A DNA stretch of 38,689 nucleotides from Thermodesulfovibrionia bacterium (GCA_041478735.1 JBGOWS010000001.1:1-38689), one strand, 5' to 3'; positions 19,401-23,706 are shown, counted from the first letter of the stretch. Made by a program: numbers and translations. The notes: generated by a model not told the origin, from the letters alone.

Positions 19401-20273
19401 GTTTCGCAGGGATGGACACCAAATGACGGAAGATATCCAAATGAAGAAGCTGCAGCTGGATGGTTTCCTAGTGAAAAGGTGAGACTTTTCTTTAATGATA
19501 AACGCATCAGGTTCGAAAATCCAGTGCATGAGTTTGTTGAGGGATCAGTGCAAAGGGCCGGAATGGCGATCAAGCCTTGCAGTATCCCAGTGCACCATTA
19601 CGGAAGGCTTAATATTGAAAAAGTGGCTGCCAAAGGTGAGGCTTACTATATTCTCGGCAAGAAAAAACTGGTGGAAAAGGGGAATGATTTAAAAGCTCTC
19701 TTCGAACTTGGGGTGCAGGCTGGGGAACTGAAGAAATACAAAGAAGCTGCCGAGTTATTTCAAAAAGTGGTTGATATTGACCCAAAGTATCCCTATGCCT
19801 TATTCAATCTGGGATTTAATTGTATGGAACTGGGCAGATATAATGATGCCTTTGCATTTACTAAGAAGGCCTATGAATTTGATCCAAAACACAAAGAAAC
19901 AGCAATAAACCTTGCCTATTGCGAACTTGTGGTCGGGGATATCAAGAATGCTACTGCTCTTCTTGAAGTCACTGTCAGGAGAGTATCAGAATATCCTCCC
20001 GCAATGGGCACTCTTGCGGCTGCATATTATATTAATGGGAAAAAAGAAGAAGCGTTAACCATACTCGAGAAACTTAACAGGAAAGGGTTCGATTGTTCTG
20101 TCTGTCTTTACGATATAGCGAGTGGACTTTTCTCCACAGGCAGGCTTAAACAGGCCATGGATGTGCTTGAGGCAGCTGTTCAGAGCAAGAACATCCACAA
20201 AGACACAGGTGATCTTCTTCAGAAATGTTACAGGGCAATAATTAATGGGGAGCGAAACCCTGATTCAAAATAA
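10461..20273 (+). CDS. Giant (~3270 aa) multidomain glycosyltransferase/methyltransferase/TPR protein
   Basis: Approximate domain order by motif:
- GT2 at 10470-11150 (IPVYND...VVDDFSND)
- TPR at 11590-12010
- Zn-ribbon + SAM MTase at 12060-12700 (CPICDG...CPVCDS...VLDIAP...VLEH)
- CgeB/GT1-like at 12760-13650
- GT2 at 13719-14440
- then [GT2-TPR-GT2-TPR] twice, at 14586-17492 and 17493-20273
No obvious signal peptide or TM segment. ATG 10461 overlaps the upstream stop (ATGA). Confidence 0.85.
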   Translation: MNKALVSIGIPVYNDETWVSKTLKSVINQDYNNLEIIVVDDFSNDKTREICKSFQTTDHRIIFHENPFTIGAIENHKLVFNLSHGEYFIWCNGHDYFDPSYISKCVESLEQDKSLQLCCGKTDLISMDGVTFKTLFQSLDTRGMSAVDRFHAVYWASTKNACIFYGVFRSESIKNANPFRKTLGGDLIFLAEVSLKGNFLQRDDITFYRQRVRPELTVEQATQRWIENIVQPEGHRLEAVTPWLNMAYEYLNMIVNLRRPATEQEVLLSTAIDLVKIIYGDRIQSDIEKLISINVEEITGPFNRNTYLTELIPNLIKAKFFYRDISKLDNMLHKCIGMTGQVDSLMSVPYRPMSIVTDLTKMKLPKMAIEQYNKSQEYITSGNFNEAINELEVLIDGYPDFAIAYNDLGVIYYNKGDKERALKYYEKAVALNPENINFQKNLADFYFVELGHTEDAIRIYLKVLATHPEDIEALLTIGNFCVTVEKIEQAKVFFNRVLKINPINAEAMKIIDLLNKQHRAITPAQTDATTNGVECPICDGRFQAFLPFGVRPRPNALCPVCDSLERHRLLWLYLQIKTDFLKENLKVLDIAPTRVLSRKIAELPNIDYISIDLNSPLAMQFMDITSLTFPDNHFDCIFCYHVLEHIPDDNKAISELFRVLKPSGWAIIQVPVNEDIEKTLEDTKVTDPKEREKLYGQNDHVRLYGRDFKERLEKGKFYVTVDDFVSTLPLNQIKTYALDPNENIYFCRKKSKSQNLSVPDIKRNKIKVVFAVTETGEMSAAGDYFTAMELGLACREQFGWDVELVPTERWYDVADADVLVAMTHRYNLNRLVPLATSIIKICWMRNWFDGWAGQPFFHLWDIYLCSSLKALDYIKGKYHVNPHLLRLATNPKRFNPLGQERKIDYCFTGNYWNDPRDIEKINPEKIGLNFALFGKNWEQHAQFKQYYRGFIPYSDLPSIYNQAKILVDDANRVTKQWGSVNSRVFDALAAGTLVITNSMESSKDAFQGKLPVYNTPAELRKLLHLFTGDSQAYESKVNILRKMVMDYHTYEVRALEFGEILSNYGNIRQGIDTGLSKNRSLKAIPRISIIIPVFNKLDFTKKCLSALKVNTNPDIYEIIVVDNASTDGTARFLASLNSLSIKIITNEKNEGFAKACNQGAKAASTDYLLFLNNDTEPQQGWLEPLLNIISHDDSVAAVGSKLLYPDGTIQHGGILIVDDRKNNDPLLARNNHVNKPATAPEANEPATYQALTAACLLIRKAAFQKAGAFDEEYWNGYEDVDLCFTLREQGGKLVYQPESVVIHHESKSGPERFSKARENIARLHKKWLGKIKPDAVLNKDGSVAMTDAGTIQPYRALEWDNQPLVTAPAAIKPNITSIVILTFNQLKYTKECVESISKHTPEPHEIIFVDNGSTDGTVKWLKKLVEENPSYRRIENGTNLGFARGCNQGITASKGEYILLLNNDVVVTENWLSGMLECLNSDPGIGIVGPMTNNISGTQKDSNATYKTIKDMHTYAKSFREKNQHRRIPLRRIVGFCMLFRRSLVEKIGLLDDSFGTGNFEDDDYCLRSSLAGYRNIIAGDVFIHHYGSRSFIGNRIDYGSAMAGNRKIFNEKWSGINSQSELGQKLVITSALENATELHERGMTDKAVERLIEGIKYSPENKAIYYALAMILIDAKRYQDAFDALNSLPEEAKNDAKSLELIGYCKEGIAHYEEAEEYADKALSMNSTRAPALNLRGILAYRQGDRKTAEDLFKRAIASDPGYGEPYTNLGVLSWAEGNKDEALNMLERGFILSPAIMDIATTYHSAITGMNEFGRAERVFHEAQALYPLRRRIAFLLIDVLLQQGKNKEAMQEIEEAMVSFGIDDDLLSAALAVRDKVGSKEINKTLKNRGTLSLCMIVKNEEQHIAKCLMSVKPVVDEMIVADTGSTDRTKEIAKALGAKVYDFEWTGDFSEARNYSLSKASGKWILVLDADEVISLLDHEKIRTIADNNEDKKMARQFTTRNYVDFVGIHSWRKNDDFYNEQAGVGWIASRKVRFFPRNDKIYFVNPVHEILEPSIEKLSMEIVECDVPIHHYGKLDKDKGKKKGSIYLELGEKKLAESGGGDPKALWELGIQNFVNGNYQDALERFREIIALEPELLQAGTELSKVHMQVGICYMCLHNYSDALASLGKSIELAPDLKEANLNYAVTLIFLGRAAEAIISIETFCRMDPNHLHGKYILAIAQFCAGKKEEGFSTVSSLNGSMMPFMQFVALFVKDLKLSGQSDYIPAILRPLEELNSITPELSVMLKECCREEKSKGVIDEKSINVFEKPCEDTNQDKHRIDSDEGIKTFTQKEAKTGLTSIVILTFNQLKYTQECVDSIRRYTPEIHEIIFVDNGSTDRTVKWLRELINENPNYKLIENEKDLGFAKGCNQGISASSGEYILLMNNEVVVTEGWLSGMLECLNSALDIGIVGPMTNNISGPQKVADAGYKAMHKMHEYARLFRERHRHRRISLKRIARFCMLFRRELVKKIGMLDESFGSINFEDDDFCLRAIIEGYRNLVAGDVFIHYHGSRSFIGNRIDYSAAMSGNRKIFNEKWNGIDRNSALGKALVMVTALEQADELKQQGLVNEAVKVLIDSISFAPDDKRSYLNLAELLIEDKRFTDALEALQNLPVGSEVDARVMELTGYCKEGMKLYDEAMACAENALAINPHSASALNLRGVLAIRKGDKSTAEDFFKKAIDSDPGYGEPYTNLGVMKWVEGKREKGFELLERGFMLAPSIADIVTTYHSAVSEMKAFERAERAFREAKELYPQNKRIIFLLIDIFLQQDRFENAMQEIEHAMIVFGIDDGMLSASLDIRGKMGPKEIKETIKKKGTLSLSMIVKNEEQHIAKCLMSVKPVVDEIIVVDTGSTDRTKEIALVFGAKVYDFEWAEDFSAARNYALEKASGQWILSLDADEVISPSDYASLSALIKKDHSRPTAYSFITRNYSNEIVSQGWTPNDGRYPNEEAAAGWFPSEKVRLFFNDKRIRFENPVHEFVEGSVQRAGMAIKPCSIPVHHYGRLNIEKVAAKGEAYYILGKKKLVEKGNDLKALFELGVQAGELKKYKEAAELFQKVVDIDPKYPYALFNLGFNCMELGRYNDAFAFTKKAYEFDPKHKETAINLAYCELVVGDIKNATALLEVTVRRVSEYPPAMGTLAAAYYINGKKEEALTILEKLNRKGFDCSVCLYDIASGLFSTGRLKQAMDVLEAAVQSKNIHKDTGDLLQKCYRAIINGERNPDSK
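14586..17492 (+). repeat. Copy A of the intragenic tandem duplication (GT2-TPR-GT2-TPR module)
   Basis: Starts TSIVILTFNQLKYTKECVESI. It is collinear with copy B at an offset of exactly 2907 nt (969 codons) at the anchor. Identical patches reach ~30 nt (e.g. GAGATCATCTTTGTGGATAATGGTTCAAC, CCTGGATATGGCGAGCCATATACAAACCTTGG). Confidence 0.9.
17493..20273 (+). repeat. Copy B of the intragenic tandem duplication
   Basis: Starts TSIVILTFNQLKYTQECVDSI. The same domain order continues to the stop codon. The copies have diverged at both the nucleotide and protein level. Confidence 0.9.
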
Positions 20274-20293
20274 GACAGAAACTGCCTTGATAA

Positions 20294-20450
20294 TGCAAAT
20301 ATAGAAAAATAGTAATAGTTCACCCCCACCCCTACCCTCCCCCATCAAGGGGGAGGGCAATTATTATTAGATTTGCTGATAAATATTCCCCCTCCACTGG
20401 CGGGAGGGGGTTAGGGGGAGGGGTGCTGAACTATTACGAAAAATATTTGC
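20294..20450. repeat. G/C-rich palindromic REP-like element: two inverted units between convergent genes
   Basis: GCAAATAT...GTAATAGTTCACCCCCACCCCTACCCTCCCCCATCAAGGGGGAGGG plus an inverted second unit (CCCCCTCCACTGGCGGGAGGGGGTTAGGGGGAGGGGTGCTGAACTATTAC...ATATTTGC). Contains local hairpins CCCTCCCCC/GGGGGAGGG and CCCCCTCC/GGGAGGGGG. Confidence 0.8.
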
Positions 20451-20478
20451 TCTTGTCATACATCAAGGATTGGGTTGT

Positions 20479-20859
20479 CTAGTCTGCAATCGAGCTTCTT
20501 AAACCTGCTGCAAGGTTCAGGTTGATATTAATGATAATGTTGAGTTTTCCCGGATCAGGATAAGCCATAACATTAATTATCCGCTTGTCGATAAAAAGAC
20601 TTAAGCTGAGTATATCATCCCGCAGTTTTTTGGGTAGCGGATTATCCGGTTTTGCGAGTTCTGACTGGAATATGCTCCAGATCTGCTGATTGAATCTGAG
20701 GGCTTCGTTAAGCTTTGCGTCACGGTCTTTAGCATCCCATTTGCCCTGGCAATCTTTCAGCAGATGAGCTGCTTTTGTGAGGACCATGGCCTCCAGTTCA
20801 CGGCCTGAAATCGTGGTCTTCTGGACATCCCTATATGCCTGTAGTTGATTTGCGTACAC
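20479..20859 (-). CDS. flaF: Flagellin synthesis regulator FlaF
   Basis: AYRDVQKTTISGRELEAMVLTKAAHLL...LRFNQQIWSIFQSELAKPDNPLPKKLRDDILSLSLFIDKR matches the FlaF family pattern. Sits next to flbT and the flagellin gene. Confidence 0.8.
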   Translation of the reverse strand: MYANQLQAYRDVQKTTISGRELEAMVLTKAAHLLKDCQGKWDAKDRDAKLNEALRFNQQIWSIFQSELAKPDNPLPKKLRDDILSLSLFIDKRIINVMAYPDPGKLNIIININLNLAAGLRSSIAD

Positions 20860-21238
20860 TATTAATTACCTCCTGTTCATAGTCTATCAGTTTTCTGGTC
20901 AGTTTAAGTGCCTGATAATATCTGCTCTGCAATATATGGCCGCTGATCTCGTGGAGCAGCGGTTTTGTGCTGGGTGCAGCCTCGACAATATCCTTTACCA
21001 GTTCCCAGTAAGTCTTGTGATGATCTGCCAGGTTTTTTTCATTAATATACATCAACTGTATCACGAGATAAATCCTTTTGCATGGGGAATCGGCATCCTT
21101 TAAGGTCATTATGTCCTTTTCACGAAGGATCGGGACATTGTTTTCAACCACCAGATTGGCCTTGGCAGCGCCGTTCACAACTACAGCGCCGCCGATGATC
21201 AGTTTTTCATGTGGTTTGAGCGTTATTTTTAGTGCCAT
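20831..21238 (-). CDS. flbT: Flagellar biosynthesis repressor FlbT
   Basis: MALKITLKPHEKLIIGGAVVVNG...NVPILREKDIM matches the FlbT N-terminal signature. Overlaps the flaF start by 29 nt. Confidence 0.8.
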   Translation of the reverse strand: MALKITLKPHEKLIIGGAVVVNGAAKANLVVENNVPILREKDIMTLKDADSPCKRIYLVIQLMYINEKNLADHHKTYWELVKDIVEAAPSTKPLLHEISGHILQSRYYQALKLTRKLIDYEQEVINSVRKSTTGI

Positions 21239-21244
21239 CAGCGT

Positions 21245-21730
21245 TCAGATCTTTATGTTAAGGATCGATCCCGGCTGCGCTTTATCCGTGAATTCGGTAT
21301 TGTCCTGCTTCAGTTTATCCCTCAACCCGAAAAGTTTATCAAGCGCCAGGGATATATCTTTGTCAGTTGAGTCCTCAGATAGCATCTTCCCTGAGAACAT
21401 CTTCTTCAGATTGGCATCAATTGCCGACTTCTCAACTTCTTCCTGTATCCCCTTGATTTTCTTGATAAGGTCAAGTCTCTGGTAAGTGCCCGGGGGGAAG
21501 AAAGGGGGATAATGTGTCAGGATTATGTCAAGTTCTTCCTGCAGGTAATTTACCGAGATGGTTATCCCTTGTGCCTGCATCTGCGGAGTACTGATCTCAT
21601 TCTCTGACATACCGGTACTGACCTGACTGGCGGAAAAGCCGGACCTGATCTCAACATTCGAATTGCTTTTATCCACAAGGCGACTCGCATTCTGCGTGAC
21701 CTGATTTGTATAAATACTATTAATATTCAT
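21245..21730 (-). CDS. Hypothetical 161-aa protein in the flagellin operon
   Basis: Clean ORF with RBS AGAGGG, lying between flagellin and flbT. I recognise no family; it does not look like FlaG, FliS or FliW by eye. Confidence 0.55.
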   Translation of the reverse strand: MNINSIYTNQVTQNASRLVDKSNSNVEIRSGFSASQVSTGMSENEISTPQMQAQGITISVNYLQEELDIILTHYPPFFPPGTYQRLDLIKKIKGIQEEVEKSAIDANLKKMFSGKMLSEDSTDKDISLALDKLFGLRDKLKQDNTEFTDKAQPGSILNIKI

Positions 21731-21747
21731 AAGTGCCCTCTTATGTG

Positions 21748-21780
21748 AAAGACAGGGAGGATTTCTTCCTCCCTGTCTTT
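21748..21780 (-). terminator. 14-bp perfect hairpin between flagellin and the downstream ORF (partial terminator or attenuator)
   Basis: AAAGACAGGGAGGA-TTTCT-TCCTCCCTGTCTTT. On the minus-strand RNA the stem is followed by only UUU, so read-through into ORF161-flbT-flaF is plausible. Confidence 0.55.
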
Positions 21781-21796
21781 ACCCCGTGGCTTCTAT

Positions 21797-22969
21797 TTAT
21801 CCGAACAACCTCAGGACCGACTGTGCTGCCTGTGATGACAGACTCAGAGCTGTTGTGCTTAGAGCCTGACGTGTCTGGAGCATCAGCATATTTGCCCCTT
21901 CTTCGTTCATGTCTGCGAGCGTTAGTTTGTCCGCGCCCTCTGTAAGTGTCGCAACTAAGTTAGCAGTGAAATTGTCCTGTATTTCTATTATACTAAGGTT
22001 GGTGGCCAGCTTTGAGGCCTCTGATCTCAATAATGGGATTGCTGTTTCCAGTTTGCCGAGGTCCGTGCTGATTTCCGTATTCACACTCCATGCCCAGTTT
22101 TGGCCCGATGTAGTATCTGTGGCTGTCGAGCTCAGTGATAAATCACTTGCTGTTGCGCTGAATCCTTTAACTGATATTGCGCTGTTTTCAAAGGATACAT
22201 TCAGGTCTTCGTTCATCAAGAGATTTACGCCTTTGTATCCGGAAGAATTGGCAACAGCATCGATCTGATGCATGAGGCTGTTATACTGCTCTGACAGCGC
22301 CCTTCTCTCTGAAAAGACTGAATAGCCGTCAGTATCAGTTAGAACAGTTGCCTGCGCGCCGCTTTCATCATAAAAGCTGGTGTAATTCCCTTGCGTAATA
22401 GCTGTGTTGCTTGATTTTGCCTCGAGAACAAGTGTTGTCCCTGTAGCAGTTGCAACCATATCAGTAACCTCTGCTTGAGCGTTAATTAATGCTGCAAGGT
22501 TCGAAAGAGTAGTTTCAATGTCATTGGAATCAGCAACAAACTGTGTCGTAGGAGATGTAATAGCACCGGTTGTTGCAACAGCAGTATAAAGAGTGCCGCC
22601 TACGGTAACTGTGTTGGTGGATGATATAGACGTAAACTGAACCTTTATTTGGTTCTTGGCTGCTCCCTTTGCAGCTTGTGACAGAGCTTTTGCTGATTCA
22701 ATCAGGTCTGTGATGGATGAAATGCCTTTATCTGCAGCCTTGATGGTCTGGACCGACTCACCCATGCCTTCCTTGAGGGATGTGATATCATTTGCACGGC
22801 TCAGATGCGCGCGGGATGCAAAATAAGCAATCGGGTTATCAAGAGCAGAGTTGACCTTTTTGCCGGTTGCAAGGCGTCCCTGCGTTTTGTTTAAAAGATC
22901 AGATGTCTGCTGAAGATTTAATAGATTGGCCCGCATGCCAGTGGTTAAGGTAATATTATTGATAGCCAT
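21797..22969 (-). CDS. Flagellin
   Basis: Conserved N-terminus MAINNITLTTGMRANLLNLQQTSDLLNKTQGRLATGKKVNSALDNP and C-terminus ANMLMLQTRQALSTTALSLSSQAAQSVLRLFG. The central domain is Ser/Thr-rich. RBS AGGAG. Confidence 0.9.
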   Translation of the reverse strand: MAINNITLTTGMRANLLNLQQTSDLLNKTQGRLATGKKVNSALDNPIAYFASRAHLSRANDITSLKEGMGESVQTIKAADKGISSITDLIESAKALSQAAKGAAKNQIKVQFTSISSTNTVTVGGTLYTAVATTGAITSPTTQFVADSNDIETTLSNLAALINAQAEVTDMVATATGTTLVLEAKSSNTAITQGNYTSFYDESGAQATVLTDTDGYSVFSERRALSEQYNSLMHQIDAVANSSGYKGVNLLMNEDLNVSFENSAISVKGFSATASDLSLSSTATDTTSGQNWAWSVNTEISTDLGKLETAIPLLRSEASKLATNLSIIEIQDNFTANLVATLTEGADKLTLADMNEEGANMLMLQTRQALSTTALSLSSQAAQSVLRLFG

Positions 22970-23148
22970 GGTAATTCTCCTTTTCTATGAATATTTTTGG
23001 CAATTCTTGCCAAATTGTTTTTACTTTGCCGATAAAATCGGCGATTTTTCAATCAGTTACCATATCCTTATTCTTTGCCACCTCCTTTACCATATCCTTA
23101 TTCTTTGCCACCTCCTTTTGGACCTTAATCTTTTTTCATTTAACTTTT
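22970..23148 (-). promoter_or_regulatory. Flagellin 5' leader (~170 nt) with two hairpins and repeated GGA motifs
   Basis: Hairpins TTGGCAA-TTC-TTGCCAA (22997-23013) and GCCGAT-AAA-ATCGGC (23028-23042). The mRNA strand carries AAGGAGG/AAGGAU motifs in each 30-nt repeat unit and again at the SD. Confidence 0.5.
23057..23116. repeat. Perfect 30-bp tandem duplication inside the flagellin leader
   Basis: TTACCATATCCTTATTCTTTGCCACCTCCT at 23057-23086 is repeated exactly at 23087-23116. Confidence 0.95.
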
Positions 23149-23175
23149 ATATCGGACATTTTTCTTAAAACTTTA
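23149..23175 (-). promoter_or_regulatory. Sigma-28 (FliA) promoter for flagellin
   Basis: The minus strand reads TAAAGTTT-N11-TCCGATAT against the consensus TAAAGTTT-N11-GCCGATAA. Confidence 0.7.
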
Positions 23176-23212
23176 GGCCTTTGTGCAAAAATATTAGTCA
23201 TTCAGTAGAGGA

Positions 23213-23358
23213 TCTTGCAAAAGTATCAAATGTTCACCCTCCCCAACCCCTCCCATCAAGGGAGGGGGACACACCCCTACACCCCTCTCAAGAGGGGATT
23301 TACCCTCTCCCCTTGTGGGAGAGGGCAAGAGTGAGGGGTAAAATAGACTTTTGCAAGA
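23213..23358. repeat. Second copy of the G/C-rich palindromic REP-like element family
   Basis: Terminal inverted repeat CTTGCAAAAGT / ACTTTTGCAAG. The core TTCACCCTCCCCAACCCCTCCCATCAAGGGAGGGGG is homologous to the 20321-20358 unit. Extra hairpins CCCCTC/GAGGGG and CCCTCTCCC/GGGAGAGGG. Confidence 0.8.
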
Positions 23359-23440
23359 GCCTCAGTATATATATACATATTCTGACTCCAAAGGTTTGTA
23401 GATAATCATGCAGTATATTTTTACACTTATAAAAGTACCT

Positions 23441-23467
23441 TAAAGTTTTTTTGAAATATTCCGATAA
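23441..23467 (+). promoter_or_regulatory. Sigma-28 (FliA) promoter for the small-ORF / c-di-GMP / motAB operon
   Basis: TAAAGTTT-N11-TCCGATAA, 15 of 16 consensus positions. It is divergent from the flagellin promoter. Confidence 0.7.
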
Positions 23468-23508
23468 ATAAATTAGAATGTATTGCTTTGGGCATGGAGG
23501 TAGATAAA

Positions 23509-23706
23509 ATGAGTATATTTCCTTTTCAGATTAATGAGGTAGTGCGCCTCTATGACAGGGTCTCCAAATTGAACCCTTCTACCATCCTTGAGAAAGAACA
23601 GGGAGAACCACAGGATATCGTAAACATCTCAGCAGAAGCAAGGAAGAAACAGATCCTCGAAAAGGCCAGGAGTGAGGTGATTGAAAGGATAAGGAAGACA
23701 GAATAG
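23509..23706 (+). CDS. Small 65-aa protein, weakly FlgM-like (possible anti-sigma-28 factor)
   Basis: GGAGG lies 8 nt upstream of ATG 23509, directly downstream of a sigma-28 promoter. DIVNISAEARKKQ resembles the D-x-V/I-x-IS-x-EA block of FlgM, but the C-terminal G-x-Y-x-VD block is absent. Confidence 0.35.
   Translation: MSIFPFQINEVVRLYDRVSKLNPSTILEKEQGEPQDIVNISAEARKKQILEKARSEVIERIRKTE

Noticed and set aside
10461-20273. Numerous antisense or out-of-frame track ORFs inside the giant gene (e.g. 17784..18293, 14229..14672, 17264..17644), with similar ones inside other genes (8898..9524, 21078..21485, 36017..36388).
   Set aside because: They lie within, or mostly within, strongly supported coding regions. 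They lack recognisable motifs and RBSs, and several have low-complexity Ser/Leu/Cys-rich composition typical of shadow frames.
22997-23013. TGGCAAGAATTGCC (minus-strand reading) upstream of the flagellin ATG looked like a sigma-54 -24/-12 promoter.
   Set aside because: GG and GC are separated by 8 nt rather than the required 10. The sequence is a 7-bp-arm palindrome (TTGGCAA/TTGCCAA) lying downstream of a much better sigma-28 promoter. I treated it as a leader hairpin.
23071-23115. A 14-codon mini-ORF (MVKEVAKNKDMVTD) within the tandem repeat of the flagellin leader, as a possible leader peptide.
   Set aside because: The only SD-like GGA is 1 nt from the ATG, which is too close. The ORF exists only because of the duplication.
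23057-23116. Possible CRISPR-like repeat.
   Set aside because: There are only two directly abutting 30-bp copies with no spacer, located inside a 5' UTR. No cas genes are present.
23181-23405. Track ORF of 74 aa (…PLPSREGDTPLHPSQEGIYPLPLWERARVRG…).
   Set aside because: It is the translation of the G/C-rich palindromic repeat. It has no RBS, and a related repeat at 20321-20430 is clearly intergenic.
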